In this document: positions 36,064 through 50,620 of the stretch, in pieces
How positions within the stretch are numbered: position 1 is the first letter of the stretch
Layout of the letters: each line of letters opens with the position of its first letter
Position numbers and translations under genes: made by a program
NCBI GenBank assembly: GCA_964016885.1
Contig: OZ024743.1
Span: 268,088,001 to 268,152,000, forward strand
Direction of reading: 5' to 3'
Source of the DNA: Eledone cirrhosa
Taxonomy: Eukaryota
DNA: 64,000 nucleotides
Notes under the pieces: model-generated
Told to the model about the DNA's origin: nothing
Databases searched by the model: none
The model's input: only the letters and a program-made list of their open reading frames with translations

Positions 36064-39000
36064 TATTATTATTATTATTGTTCTTTGAGTCTCTGTCATT
36101 GATGTTGGTTAACTGGAAAGTTTGTTGAAATGAATATCAAGCTGCTACCTGCAGCCTCAGATATTCAGGATGTATCGGAGGGTTCTTGCTGTTACCAGCA
36201 AGCATGTCGTTTGAAGCGTTCCAAAAAGCGTGGCGGGGCCAATTTTCTTTAACCATCCCTGGAAACTCCTTGAGATAGTACCTAGTGCGCCTATGGCAAT
36301 CATGGCAGTTCCAAATCCTTTTTACCTCCCACTTTAAGTCCTGGTATGGGTTAATGTTATCCCTCTCCTTCTCTTGCACTCTCGTGTCGAATGAGCAGGC
36401 CACATCCACAATCAGGCACGATCTTTTTGCCTTGTCCAAAACTACGAGGTCAGGTCTATTGTGTTCCAGTTTCTTGTCCGTCTGTATCCTAAAATCCCAC
36501 AGCACCTTCACCTGATCGTTTTCTATCACCGACTCTGGCTTATGCTCATACCACTTCTCAGAATGTGGTCAATTGTTTACTTTGCATAGGTGCTAGTGGA
36601 ACACCCTGCCCATCACATCATGTCTCCAGCCTTTATAGTGAGTCTGGGCTAGGTGTTTACACTCAGATACAATGTGAGCCACAGTCGCCTCTCTCTCTCC
36701 ACAGATCCTGCACAGTGGGCTAGCCTCCTCCTTGTAAATATGGTGTTTCAACCACTTCGTTTTGAGGGCCTGCTCTTGCGCAGCCATTAGCATTCCTTCT
36801 GTAGGCTTTTTAAGGTCTCCTCTTTTCAACCAGTTCCATGTCTGTGGATCTCTGAATTCAGTTTTCTCAAAGAAGGTACTATGAAGGGATTTCTCACGAA
36901 GGCTGCTCTTTCTCCTTGTTGTTATTTCCTCTTTGGACAGCCCTTGGTCTATTGTCCTCTCCTTCAGTACAATTCTGAACATTGGCTCCTTACTATCAGT
37001 CACGTATTTGTGTAGGTTGTTTTTCTCCATCTGAACACAGTCCTCTATGCTGATAAGACCTCTTCCACCTTCAGATCTCCTTAAGTAGAGTCTATCGACA
37101 TCACTCCTCTTGTGGAACATGTTGTAGATAGTCAATAGCTTCCTAGTCTTCCTATCCATCTCTTTTTGTTCAGCAACATTCGATCTCAGAATTCCCGCAC
37201 TTTACCTAATAATAGAGACAGCTCAGGAATTTACTGCACTTATGGCATTCCTACTGTTCAGATGTGACTTTAATACGCTCCTTACTCTCCGAATGTATTC
37301 AGATCTTATCAATTTATTCATTTTTTTGTTCTTGATGTCATCAGCCTCCAGAACACCCAAATACTTATATCCCTCTTCAGTGTCAATTTCCTTTATCATC
37401 TCACCTGTTGGTACCTGGATTCCGTTGCTTCTGCTCAATTTACCACTCTTCATCACAAGGACTCAACACTTACTAATACCAAATTGCATACATATATCAT
37501 TGCTGAAAATACGGACAGTGTCAACAAGCACATCCAACTCCTTCTCACTCTTCCCGAAGGGCTTAATATCGTCCATGAAGAGGAGGTGATTGATGGTAAG
37601 CTCTCCCTTTCCCAACTTGTATCCTGCTCTCATTTTTCTCAGTATAATGGTTAGGGGCATCAGGCAAGGACAACCAACAGAGGGACAGACTATCTCCCTG
37701 GAAGATACCTTTCTTGATCTTCACGCCTCCCAAGGATTCTCCAACTGATGTTAACTCTTTTTTCCAGGACTTCATACTTTTGCCCAACAACTGTCTGATG
37801 TTATCTGCCACCTTGAAGATCTCTAGGCTTTTGGTGATCCAAGAATGAGGCACCATGTCAAATGCCTTTTTGTAATCTATCCATCCCATGGCAAGACCAG
37901 TGTGTCTCCTCTTGCAATTCCTCATTACCATCTTATCAATAAGTAACTGGTCCTTTGTACCACGGGACTTCTTTCGGCATCCTTTCTATTCGTACGGTAA
38001 CAAGTTGTTTGTGTGAAGGTGATGGTAGATTTCCTCAGACAGAATGCTTGTCAACAATTTCCACATTACAGACAGACATGTGATAGGTCTATAGTTGGTA
38101 ACATCGTTACCCTTGATTCGGTCTTTCATTACCAGAACTGTGGTCCCTTTTGTCAACCACTCTGGTACCTCACCTGATATCAAGCAATCATTGAACATGG
38201 TTGACAGTTTCGGGTGGAGGGATGTTATATTTTTAATCCAATACCCCTGCACATCATCTGGGCCTGGTGATTTCCAGTTGGTTAGTTTTTTGGCCTGCTC
38301 CTTAAGAGTTTCAACTGTGATACTCAAATCAGTTTTTTGGTGTACCTGTCCACTAATCTCCTTTTGTACTGTCTCACTCCACACTGTCTGGTCATTATGT
38401 TTAACATACTGCTCTCATATTCCTCTCCAGAATGCCTTAGTTTGTTCCGCCCCAGGGATCAAGTCGTTGCCTCTTTCTTTCCCTTCAAGCTGTCCAAACA
38501 GCATCTTCTGGTTGTTGTCAAACATGCGGTTCTGTCTATACTGACTGACTCTACTCTCGTATCGCCTAATTTTTGCACTCTTTGCTACAATGCGTTGCTT
38601 CAGTTCCTCTATGATAATATTTAGCTTTTTCCTCCTAGTTTTGTACTTTATTTCCAGTCTATTTTTAGTGTCTATGTTTTTTAGTGTCCCATTCAGTAGG
38701 GACTCAAGCTTTCCAATGTCATTTCTCATTTCCCTGATTTGACCATTCAGTCGTTTCTTCCACCAAGGTTCTGATCTTTCTTGTTTGTTGTTTCCTCTCG
38801 CTTTTATGCCACGTAATTTCCTCATTGCATTTGCTGTTGCTTTGAGGATATTGTTGCACTGATGAAGGCTCCTCGCCTCAAGGTATGGGATGACTTTTTT
38901 TTACCTTAGCTATTGTTTCTTTTAACTTTTCCTGTCTACAAATCTTAGGTTCATAGGTTTCCCACTATCATTCTTCAATTCATCTACCACTAAGTTTAGG

Positions 39001-39706
39001 ATATCAACCAAATCTTGTCCTAGCCCGACAGCATTCATCTCCTCAATGGCCGCATCTTTGTTCCAGGTATTATTTATTTCAGTATTCAGATCATTGTCTG
39101 CTTCGGATGGTTCCTCCGTTCTCTCAACCTCTTCACCTTCATTTCCCACTGGCCTGTTTGCCTAGCATACTCCACTCTCCATTTCCAACCTAATCTCTCT
39201 GCTCAGTTCCTCCAGTTCCAGCTCGCTTATCCACCCATTAGTTCTTATTACCCGAGCCTGCCCGGCCAATATTTGTTCATCTAATTTAAATAGACCAATC
39301 TCGTTCCAGATGTTATGCATTCGTTTCCTATAGCCTTTCTCCTTGGGGTTACTCTTCAGGTAACATTGCATAACAGTTCTATTCAATTCTTTCGTCCAGT
39401 TGGTTCTGGTCCTTTCCTTCTTCTTCCTCCGACACCAGCAGTATTTGGTTGACAGCCAGGTTCCTGCTGCTGAGCCAGGGAGCACCTGCTGGGTGAGAGT
39501 CTGTCACATGACAGTCAAGTCTCCACTTCACCGTTATTCGAACTGTTTAGGTTCGACATTTAAACAGTCTTATCGAGGATTGGTGAATGTATGGTTACAT
39601 AACCACCGGTGATTTCATCACCCCCGGTGATTTTAGTGTGGCACTATCACGCTGTAGACGAACATAAATAAACAAACAAACAAATAGGTAAAAACCCCCC
39701 CAAAAG
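36064..39706 (-). mobile_element. R4/Dong-type LINE copy C (apparently full length, decayed)
   Basis: [70 protein letters not shown]. (TAA)n at both ends. Confidence 0.93.
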
Positions 39707-39810
39707 TTATTATTATTATTATTATTATTAATATATATATATTTTTTTTAATATTATTATTATTGGAAATCAATATTGATGTACGAAATCATCATTATTA
39801 TTAAAACCGC

Positions 39811-40007
39811 AGGGCGGTGAATTGGCAGTATCGGTAGAGGGTCGGACGCCATGCCTTCCAGCATAGAGTTACGCCCCTTTATGGTCTGAGTTCAAATCCC
39901 GCCGAGGTTAACTTTGCCTTTCATCCTTACGGGTCGATAATATAAAGTACCAGTAATGTACTGGGATAATTGCTGGCCTTGTGCCAATAGTAGAAACAAT
40001 TATTATT
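39811..40007 (+). mobile_element. tRNA-derived SINE with TSD
   Basis: Full SINE flanked by attattattaaaac repeats. Confidence 0.9.
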
Positions 40008-40199
40008 AAAACTTCTCGTAAACGTTCAACAGAAAATTCTCAAATCACCATCATTCCCAACTCTGCCACCACCTCCACACCGACTAACTTCCCACAACCA
40101 TCACCATCACCACTATCCCCTTCCTTATCATTATCAGAAGCAGCAACAGCATTATCATCAGCATTAGCATCAGCATCACTATCATCATCATGAGAAGCA

Positions 40200-41829
40200 G
40201 TAATATCATTATCATGGTCCTTATGGTTTGTTTATTGTTAGTTTATTATTCGTATTGGCAATTATTATTTTCCATGTTATTACCATTATATTACTTTCTA
40301 TTCCAATCTGTCTTAGATATATACTGTTGCTGATGTTGTTGTTGCTAATGTTGTTGCTGTTGCTATTGTCGCAGCTGCTGTTGTTGCTATTGTTGCAGCT
40401 GTTGTTGTTGCCATTGTTGCAGCTGTTGTTGTGCAATTGTTGTAGCTGTTGTTGTTGATATTATTGTAGCTGTTTTTGTTGCTATTGTTGCAGTTGTTGT
40501 TGTTACTATTGTTGCAGATGTTGCTGTTGTTATTGTTTCTATTACCGTTGTTAGTGCTGTTGTTATTGTTGATGCTTTTGTTGCCATTATTGATTTTATT
40601 GTTGCTATTTCTGTTGTTATTGTTATTGGTATTGTTGCTGTTACTGTTTCAGTTATTGTTGCTCTTACTGTTGTTATTATTTTAGTTATTGTTGATGTTA
40701 CTGTTTTTATTACTGTTGTTATTGTTGTTCTTATTGTTGTAATTACTATTGTTATTACTGTTGTTATTACTGTTGTTATTGTTGTTCTTATTGTTGTAAT
40801 TACTATTGTTATTACTGTTGTTATTACTGTTGATTTTTGTTGCCTTTTACTGTAGTTTTTGCTGTTTTTATTTCTGTTATTATTATTATTGTTACTGTTG
40901 TTATTATTGCTGTTATAATTGTTGTTATTACTGTTGTTGCTGCTGCACTTACTATTCTTGTTGTTGATGTTGTTGCTGTTGTTATGACTGTTGTTATTAC
41001 AGTTGTTATATATCAGGGCGGTGGATTGGCAGTATCGGTAGAGAGTCGGACACCATGCTCTATAGCATAGAGTTACGGTCCTTTATGGTCTGAGTTCAAG
41101 TTCCGATGATGTTAACTTTACCTTTCCTCCTTACGAGGTCGATAAAATAAAGTACCAGTAATGCACTGGGGTCGATTTATCGACTTTCCCCTTCCCCCAA
41201 ATTACTGGCCTTGTTATTACAGTTGTTATTAGTGTTGTTATTAATGTTGTTTTTACTGTTGTTAATACTTCTGCTGTTATTGTTGTTTTTACTGTTGTTT
41301 TCACTGCTTTATCACAATGTCGTTGTTATTGTTGGTCTTCCTGATGTTAATACACTTGTTGTTATTGTTTCTTTTTTTTGTTGCTGTTACTGGTGTTATT
41401 ACTGTTATGTTCATCTTACTGTTGTTATTGCTGTTACTTTTATTGTTGTTATTTCTGTTGTTATGTTGATGTCGTTGTTGTTATTACAGTTGTTATGTTG
41501 ATCTTACTGTTGTTACTACTGTTACTTTTATTGTTGTTATTTCTGTTGTTATGTTGATGTCGTTGTTGTTATTACAGTTGTTATTGTTGATGTTATTGTT
41601 GTTATTACTGTTGTAAATGTTGGCGTTACTGTTGTTATTATCATTTTTTGTTGTTATTGTTATTATTGTTATTATTGTTATTATTGTTATTATTGTTGTT
41701 GTTATTGTTGTTAAATATGTTGTTGTTGTTATTGCTATTAGTTTTTATTACTGTTACTGTTATTTTTATGTTAATATTTTTGTTATTGATTCTGTTGTTG
41801 TTGTTACTGCTACTGCTGCTGATCGTGAC

Positions 41830-41875
<46 letters not shown>

Positions 41876-41957
41876 GCGGTGATGATGATGGTGGTGGTGG
41901 AGATGTTGATGATTATAATGATGATGATGATGATAATAGTTGTGATGACGATGGTGT

Positions 41958-41997
<40 letters not shown>

Positions 41998-42124
41998 ATT
42001 GCTGTTATTGATATTGATATACTTTGCTGTTATCGATATTTGTTTCTTTTCACAGTCAGTATTACAGCGACTATTTATTGCGGTATTTCGCCAAGTTTTT
42101 TATCTTCTTCATTATCCTTGTGCC

Positions 42125-42212
<88 letters not shown>

Positions 42213-42300
42213 TCCTCCTCCTCCTCTATCCCCTCCTCTTGCTCCTCATTCTTCTTCTTATTATTATTCTTCTTCTTATTTCCCCTCCTCCTCCTTCTTC
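40200..42300. repeat. Low-complexity (GTT/ATT/GAT/CAT)n field
   Basis: Degenerate trinucleotide repeats with local duplications. Confidence 0.9.
41014..41212 (+). mobile_element. SINE, long variant
   Basis: SINE with the extra ggggtcgatttatcgacttt...ccc segment. TSD-like ttgttattacagttgttat flanks. Confidence 0.88.
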
Positions 42301-42705
42301 TTAGATTTTTTTCATTTTCATTTTTCTTTATTTTATTTTACATATGACTCATGCGATGCAAATAATTCAATTAAAAAAAAAGCGACGCGAAATAACTATC
42401 GAGTACAATATAAAATGGTTACTACACTATACCACTACTGTTCTTTATCGATAAATCGATATATTTATTTTGATATTCTTTATGCTTAACCCTTCTCGTA
42501 ACGTCTCTATAATAATGTATGTTTATTATTCTGGACAATGTAGATTTAGCAGGGATACAACTGATAACGTTATCTTTTCTAGTTGTCTTATTGTTAATAC
42601 ATGCCTTCATTGCGCACAAGTATTAGATATGTATGTTTTTTTATGTGCACAGTGTTTATTGGATATTTTTAATGCATACCGTTTGCATTTGGAGTCGTCT
42701 ACGTA

Positions 42706-42769
<64 letters not shown>

Positions 42770-42783
42770 AGATGTATATATAT

Positions 42784-42816
<33 letters not shown>

Positions 42817-42849
42817 CGAGAGAGAGGGAGAAAGTGAGAGTGTGAAATA

Positions 42850-42885
<36 letters not shown>

Positions 42886-43102
42886 ATTCGAGTCTTTAAG
42901 AATATTTATTTATAATAATTTATAACTATACTGGTTTTACAAGTTCTATCACTTTCAAACGTTAAGAGAGATGGAGAAATGTGTGACTTGGGAAACCGGT
43001 AAAGTTATAGATTATTGTAAATAAACTTTCTTAAAGACGCCAATTGCATTTTTAGCTTCTTCTTATCATCTCTCTCTCTTTCTCTTTCACTCTCTCTCTC
43101 TC

Positions 43103-43136
<34 letters not shown>

Positions 43137-43137
43137 A

Positions 43138-43204
<67 letters not shown>

Positions 43205-43229
43205 GTAATAATAATAAATTTGAAGATCA

Positions 43230-43800
43230 AATTCCAAACAGGGCTCCATAAGAATAAATATATATATCAAATATATAAGAACCGTAGAGCAAATATTTAT
43301 TAAAATAACAGATTAAAGTTTAAGCAAAGAATCGCTGCTTTCACCCTTAACGGGATCTTCTGAATCTAAAAAAAACAATCTGTGAACGAAGAAGTAAATA
43401 TTTCGAAAAACGTTGCAACCGAAGGAAGACAAGAAGACGATAATTGGTTCGTGGAAACGTTCCCTGGCAAAGAACGAAAAAAAAAACGAAGATAATACGT
43501 CATTATGTGAAACGTTAAGGGCGGTGGATTGACAGTATCAGTAGAGGGTCGGACGCCATGCTTTCCAGCATAGTCACGTCCCTTTACGATCTGAGTTCAA
43601 ATCCCGCCGAGGTTGACTTTGCCTTTCATCCTTACGGGGTCGATAAAAGAAAGTACCAGTAATACACTGGGTATTTGCTGGCCTTGTGCCTAAAGTAGAA
43701 ACAATTATGTGGAACGTTAAGAACAATTACACGCAAAGACAAAACCACGTTTATGGTATAACTGAAGTCGTAGACTAAAATTCTATTTAGGAAACCAAAT
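43230..43800 (-). mobile_element. Copy of the 12705-13290 hammerhead element, interrupted by a SINE
   Basis: Shares acagattaaagtttaagcaaagaatcgctgctttcacccttaacgggatcttctgaa (43308-43364) and the downstream body. Confidence 0.82.
43519..43707 (+). mobile_element. SINE with 18-bp TSD
   Basis: Flanked by attatgtg(a/g)aacgttaag duplications. Confidence 0.93.
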
Positions 43801-43979
43801 GAATCTCGGCTTCAGAGTTAAGAATAATGTAAATAAATTACAGAGGTTATTGAAATCAACAATAATTAAATATATAGATGCACGCATACTTATACGTACA
43901 TACACATGTATACGCGGGAACACCCAAATACAGGCACGTACAGAAAACCACGCGAACACATACAAAAACCTACGCAATA

Positions 43980-44029
<50 letters not shown>

Positions 44030-44554
44030 GTGTGCGTGTGTACGCGTATACATATAATTATATAAACGTATATAAATATACACACATAAATACATAAATA
44101 CGTATGTAACGCGCGCACACACACACCCACATATAAATACACATATGTTCGCAAAACGTACGTCAACAGAAAGTACACACATAGACACACTATACATACG
44201 TACAAACCCGCATACACACACAAACGCAAAACTCAAGTATACACATAACCATATACACATGTACCAGTATATATAATATAATATATACGCCTATAACAAA
44301 TACAAGCAAATATGTGTACGAGAAAGTATACGTACCTTCACAAAACATACAGGTAATATATACTTACCTATACAAATAAGTAATGGTATAAACATAAAAT
44401 ATACTTAGCTACCACATCAAGACGTAAAATATCCACGTATAGATCGGATTATCCGTTAGGGTATAAAGTGGGGCTGTAATACAGGAAGGTTTTGTGCAAT
44501 TTATGTTTTCAAGCCGAAATTGCCTCAGATATTTTGTTTAAGATCTGGTCATTG

Positions 44555-44642
<88 letters not shown>

Positions 44643-46233
44643 TGTCTGTGTGTGTGTGAGTGAGTGTGTTTTGTACATGCATATATGTTCTTGTATGTAT
44701 TGCAAACAGTGTTTCTTTATTTCCTGGTAGATTATAGTCTGAGTTTATCATTTGCAATAAAGTTTACTTCATATTTCGTTTAAATTTCCAAGTACATCAT
44801 CAATATTTTAGGATATTCAATTTGGCTTTCTGAATGATTTATCGGCTTGTGTACAGCAGTCGAATGTAATTTGTTTATATTTGACCGCGACGGAGAAAAC
44901 TTAACATTCCCTGATATGCTTACCATGAACTAGCAACAAGCAGCAATTCTAAGGAACTTCACCCTGCACTACAAAGCAAATCTAAACAGGAAAATATAAT
45001 TTGACAGTACATCTATAGAGTATTGAATTCCCAACAAAATTGATGATCAATTATGGAAGCGTTGCACATAAATCCGTATGCTGAAATAAGCACACAAACA
45101 ATACGTATGCGTCTTTAACATAATATATATGTGACAGAGTGGCCCCCTAGGCAAGTGTTTCCAAATATATCGTTGTAATGAACTATGCATTGTTAAGGAA
45201 ATTTTGTAGACAGGTTCTCTGTGGGAGCCCTTCGAATATATAATTTGGACGTGGGCTTATACATATGCGTCTGTGTCTATGATTGTGTTTACGTTTACTA
45301 TTTACCTGTTGTACGTACCTAAAGGGCTCGACAAAAAGGATCCATAAAGCATGTTCTAGGCTTGAACAAATAATGTTGGGTTCAATAGGAGTGACTAAAT
45401 GCATTCAAGGCCGCAGTCTAACGACTGAAACAATTAAAGGAATAAAAGAATATAAGTATATGATTAACAAGACTAACATATTTGCGCGATATATATATAC
45501 TTTGGGAATCATGTTACAGCCAATATTTCTAAGTTAACTAAATTATTTTTTTCAAAATACACGACACTTTAACATGAACTCATATATACATATATATAAA
45601 GTGGTACGTATATTCTGCTTCCAAGAATGAAAATTAAAATAATATTGTTAATCTCATGTTTTTAGCAATTAATCTATAGCCGATGTAGGCTATATAATTT
45701 TAGCTATATAACTTTTAGAATCTATAGTGTTAAAAGGGTTAACAATCAAAATTTAATTATAAATGCTAGGTTATATTTATATTCGTTAAAGTTGAGGCAG
45801 AGGTTTAAAAAAGCACTCTAAAATGAAACTAATTCGATTCTGAATATAAGGAAAGTCAAGTTATTTTGGTAATTGTGAAGATGTGCTGCAGTGTTACGAA
45901 TGAAACTAAATATAATGGTGAATGTAAAAAAAGAAATAAATCTTAATTTATTTAAAAATTATATAAACATATAAACCTCAATTTAGCATGGATTAGTACC
46001 CACCACCAACAACTAGCATAACTAACATAAACTTGCATAACCAACATAAACTTGCATAACTAACATAAACTTGTATTTTAAACACTCACATTATTGTTTA
46101 GAAACCACAAAATTTGGTACAATTGGAACGTCGAAAATATATTCCAGAAGCATCAGCATCGTTTATTGGGAAAAACGGTCGCATTAGACTAAAGATGAAA
46201 GTATATCAAAATAATAATAGGCTATACGAGTTT

Positions 46234-46268
<35 letters not shown>

Positions 46269-47969
46269 TTGTAGAAACCGTATAAAATCTCGGACACAGA
46301 AAGTACCTATGAACACAGTCATATATAAATAACACCTTAGCAAATCGTGTTCTCTTTTCCAATTAATAGGGGTATTATACCCGATTATCTAGCCTCTTCT
46401 TAACTAATATCTACTGTTTCTAAGAATTTCAACTCACATAACATTCCAGTGGCTTGTTTATAAAATTTGGATATATACAGGGTGTATCAAAATGATTATA
46501 TTTCAAAGGGCTATATTTTTAAAATAAATCAGGCGGTAAATTGAATAATCATGTCTGTATAAAAAAGATATTTTTTGACAACTTTTATAAATTTGTATAA
46601 AGTTATTTACATATTGAGCATTTGTGACAATTGTAAATAAAATCGAATATCGCACTCTCATCTCTTTCTTTTTATTTCTTCTTTTATTTCTCATTCTAGC
46701 TTTTAATGAAGCATTTACGTCAGAAATATTAAACATATTTTCCTAATGTATCAAACGTTAAAGTACTATATATCTTCATTGTACGGTTTTGTTACCGTAT
46801 TGTTTATATGCTTATTTTTCGCAAAATGGCGTTTGCTTCCCAAATACAACGTCGTTGGTTCTAACCATAGATTCTCCCAGAAAAATAGTTATTTCACCAA
46901 TGGAACTTATACATTAATCTGGTATAGCCTTTGTACATACATGCGGAAAATATACGTAATTTATACACTAGAAATAAATATTAAATTATCACTCATATCT
47001 TTAATCATTTCCACTTTAACAAGATACACTAATGGTTTTAACAAACGCAAGATACACTAATGGTTTTAACAAAACGCAAATTTTACAGGCTTTATGATTC
47101 TTCACATATCCAGTAGTGTACGGTATACGAATCCTGGACACCAGAATTTAAATACATTCAAAGAAATTACCATTATCATCGACGGTCCGAGTCCATTACT
47201 ATTACATAATCTAGAATACTGTTTGGAAACGAAATTATGCTCTTTCATGTGTCATATTATATAACGTTTGATTTTTATAAACGATTCAACGGTATACATG
47301 CTTAAAAGTTACTAAAAGTATTGAAATTATTTCACTGTTTAATTATTTTGATATTTCAAATAATTGTTCAAACGTTATGTAACAAATTTCTTAAGTGTCC
47401 TTTTAATAGTTTCGTTTTATTGACAAAACTGCAGAGAGTGAAACGGTGTCCAAAGAGAGTGACACACTATACATTTTATCGAATCAAGAATAGAGAGAAC
47501 ATGTACGAAAGAGAGAGTTAAAATGTAATGAATTCATACAGTACAGTATTAAATTAATCAGGATTATTTATGCGGGTACACGCATTCAATCTGCGCCACG
47601 TGTATATTAGTTGTGTTGGAGAGACAGGTTTCTTAAAATTGCTCAAGCAGCGTTTTGCTTTAAACTGAGCATGTCACTAACGTCCCTTTCCAAATTTTTA
47701 TTAGCTTAACTTTTCCTTTCTTTCTTCCTTTCCTTCCTATATTTCTTCCTTTATTTCTTTCTGTATTTCTATTTATGTATATTTTCTCATTTACTTATTT
47801 TTATATTATATTTTCTTCGTCCATATTAACTCATAGTTTTTCCTTCAGTATTTTATTATTTACAGTCACCATTTTCTATTTCTTTTTCATTTCCCTTCTT
47901 TCTTTATTTTTGTCCCATTGATACATTTGGTCCACTATTTTTTTTCTTTAAACGCATTATTTGTTTCAG

Positions 47970-48282
47970 ATTGGCAGTATCGGTAGAGCGTCGGACACCA
48001 TGCTTTGCAGCATAGAGTTATGGCCCTTTACGTTCTGAGTTCAAACACCGCCGAGATTGACTTTCGCTTTCATCCTTACGGAATCGATATTAGTAATACA
48101 CTGACATAATTGCTGGACATGTGCCAAAAGTTGAAAGAAGTATTTCTTTCGTTAAATTCCTGCCTTTCATAAAATAAAGTATCAGTAAGTACTGGGGCTG
48201 ATTTATTCATTTCACCCTCACCAAAACCCCCCACCCCCACGCCTCAAATTGCTTGCCTTGTGACTAAAGTAGAAGCAATTAT
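47970..48282 (+). mobile_element. Two decayed SINE copies
   Basis: SINE motifs at ~47970-48140 and a 3' part at ~48170-48282. Confidence 0.8.
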
Positions 48283-48603
48283 TTCTTTCGTTCGCACCTG
48301 TATTTTTGTTATATAATCATTTAAAAATAATTATTTATTTCTTTATGCTTTTATTCTTTATTTGGTTCATGATACCTCTATTATGTTTTTATTTCTTTCT
48401 TTCCTGTTGTCATTCCCAATATTATTTCCATTCTTTCTTTTATTAATTGTTTCACACTTTTGTTATTTCGTTCTTTGTTTATTTCATTCATTGGTACCTT
48501 TCATTTTTCATCCACATAAATTTATAATCCACATAATTTGTTCTTTCTTGTCACCTGTATCTATTTTATTTCTGTGACTTCTTGCCGGATTGTTTAGCAC
48601 TTA

Positions 48604-48772
48604 CCGTATTTCCCGGCGCCGAAGAACCTTCGTCTTCGAGGACGCACCCTAATTTTGACAACCAAAAATTTGCAAAAAAAATATTAAACAATCTTCGGCC
48701 TCCAGGACGCATGGTAGATTTTTGAGACTTATTTTAGGAAAATCGTAGCGTCTTCGACGGCGAGAAGTACGG
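48604..48772. mobile_element. TcMar (Tc2/pogo-like) MITE
   Basis: TIRs ccgtatttcccggcgccgaaga and reverse-complement ccgtacttctcgccgtcgaaga, with TA duplications on both sides. Confidence 0.8.
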
Positions 48773-49049
48773 TAGATTTTTAGGGGGGGGGGGGGGTCAT
48801 TCGATTTAGTTAACCCTATAATTCATTCATTTTAATCATCGGTTTTTTTCTTGTTAACTGTTTTTTACTCCCTTAACTATTTTTCTGCATGTTCTCCTTT
48901 ATCATAGCTTGTTTTTATTTTTATTTTACTTGTATCATGTATTTTATTCAATGTTTCGTGAGTAAACTCAGCGATGTTGACTAGTTAAGAAATTCGTTAC
49001 AAAATAAGTTATAGGATTTGATCTGGTCGATACATGGCATACTGGGGAA

Positions 49050-49290
49050 GAGTTATTTATTATAGCTTCAGGTCAATCCAAATCTTGGGAGTGAAAGTCT
49101 GTAGGCGGAAACTATTTGGAAATATGTCGTTTGGATTGAACTGTAAATCTAAAAGCCAGCCATGTCAAACACTATCATGATGAATTTCGCTGACTAATAT
49201 GTTAAGCGTGCATATGTCTGTAGAATGCTCAGCCACCATTACGTATATTTTATGAGCAGGCTATTGACTTGAGTGAAAGCCTGTAACTCT
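49050..49290 (+). repeat. Second dispersed repeat family (SINE-like), decayed
   Basis: tgtctgtagaatgctcagcca...gagcaggct, shared with 50000-50270 and reverse-complement 61140-61290. Confidence 0.55.
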
Positions 49291-49679
49291 CTCCACCGAA
49301 AATTAGAAAACACATCTTAGAAATAAATGAAGTTGGGAGTGGGTTCATTTTATTCCCTATGTTCACTACTATTCTTAGTGTTTTTGTCTTCTTCTTCTTC
49401 TTCTTCTTCTTACTTTTAGTATATTTTTAATAATTTATTTCTATGTATTATTTAAACTTTTCCCTTTCAGTTTTGCTTCTAATACAATTGTTATTTTATT
49501 CTTATTCAGCCATTTTTTCTCTTTCCTTTTCATTTCTTCCACTCTGCATTTCTTCAATAGCAGTCCCCATTGAATTTTCATTAAAAATATTTATTTTCTC
49601 TTTTCGTGTGAACATGTTTTCTTCAGTTCATATGATGCTGATTATGATGGTGTCTCTGATGAAAACGAGGATCACTATG

Positions 49680-49794
49680 ATGATAATTGTTACACAAATG
49701 AATGAGGACGGTGTCAATGTTGGTGATGCTGATGACGAAGATGATGATGATGATGATGATGATGACGATGATGGCGATGTTGAGCATAATGATA

Positions 49795-49825
<31 letters not shown>

Positions 49826-50340
49826 CGATGATGGCGATGTTGAGCATAATGATAATGATGATGATGATGATGATGAACATGACGTTGATGTTGACCGTAA
49901 TGATAATGATGATGATGATAATCATGTTTGTGATGTAAATGATGACAGAGGGTGTACACAACATGCCCTAATGATTAAGAGTTTCGCTTCGCAATAATTA
50001 AATCCCAAGCTGGGACCCACTGCCTGGAATCCTGTACAAATACCATTTACCTCAGTGTATGGTCGTCGCATGCCTTTTGCGTGAAATTTGTTAGAATGAG
50101 AGAGTTTCAAAGAATCTACCTGCATTTCAAATGGCTCTCCTCGTTACACACTGTGTCTCGTTGAGTGTCCCCTGAAATTACGTTGAGGATACACGTGTTT
50201 GTGGGAATCTCAGCCAGTTGCACTTTAATTTCGCGAGCAGTCCGTTCTGTTGATCCAAGCACTGCATCTAAAATGATGGAGGTCTATTCAATTCCATTTC
50301 GATGACCCGATTTATGATGATGATTGTAATGATGATGATA

Positions 50341-50386
<46 letters not shown>

Positions 50387-50620
50387 CGAGGAGGAGGAGG
50401 GTGGGAGGGGTGGGAGGAAGAGGGTAACGAGGGAGATAAAAAGGTTAAGGAGGAGGAGGAGGATAAGGAGGAGGAAGGGGGGAGGAAGATGAGGTGAAGA
50501 TAGATGAGAAGGACAATGATAATTAGAGCGACGACGACGATGACAACGGAGATGGTGATGAAGATGAAGACGGTGATGATAAAGATGATGATGATGATGG
50601 TGATGATGGTGATGATGATT
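49680..50620. repeat. (GAT)n/(GAG)n low-complexity region containing a dispersed repeat copy (~50000-50270)
   Basis: GAT runs, a 60-bp duplication, and tacacgtgtttgtgggaatctcagccagttgcactttaatttcgcgagcag. Confidence 0.8.

Noticed and set aside
45725-45742. piggyBac-like end (ttaaccc, minus strand) and Tc1-like cagggtgt at ~46478
   Set aside because: No matching second TIR was found for either.
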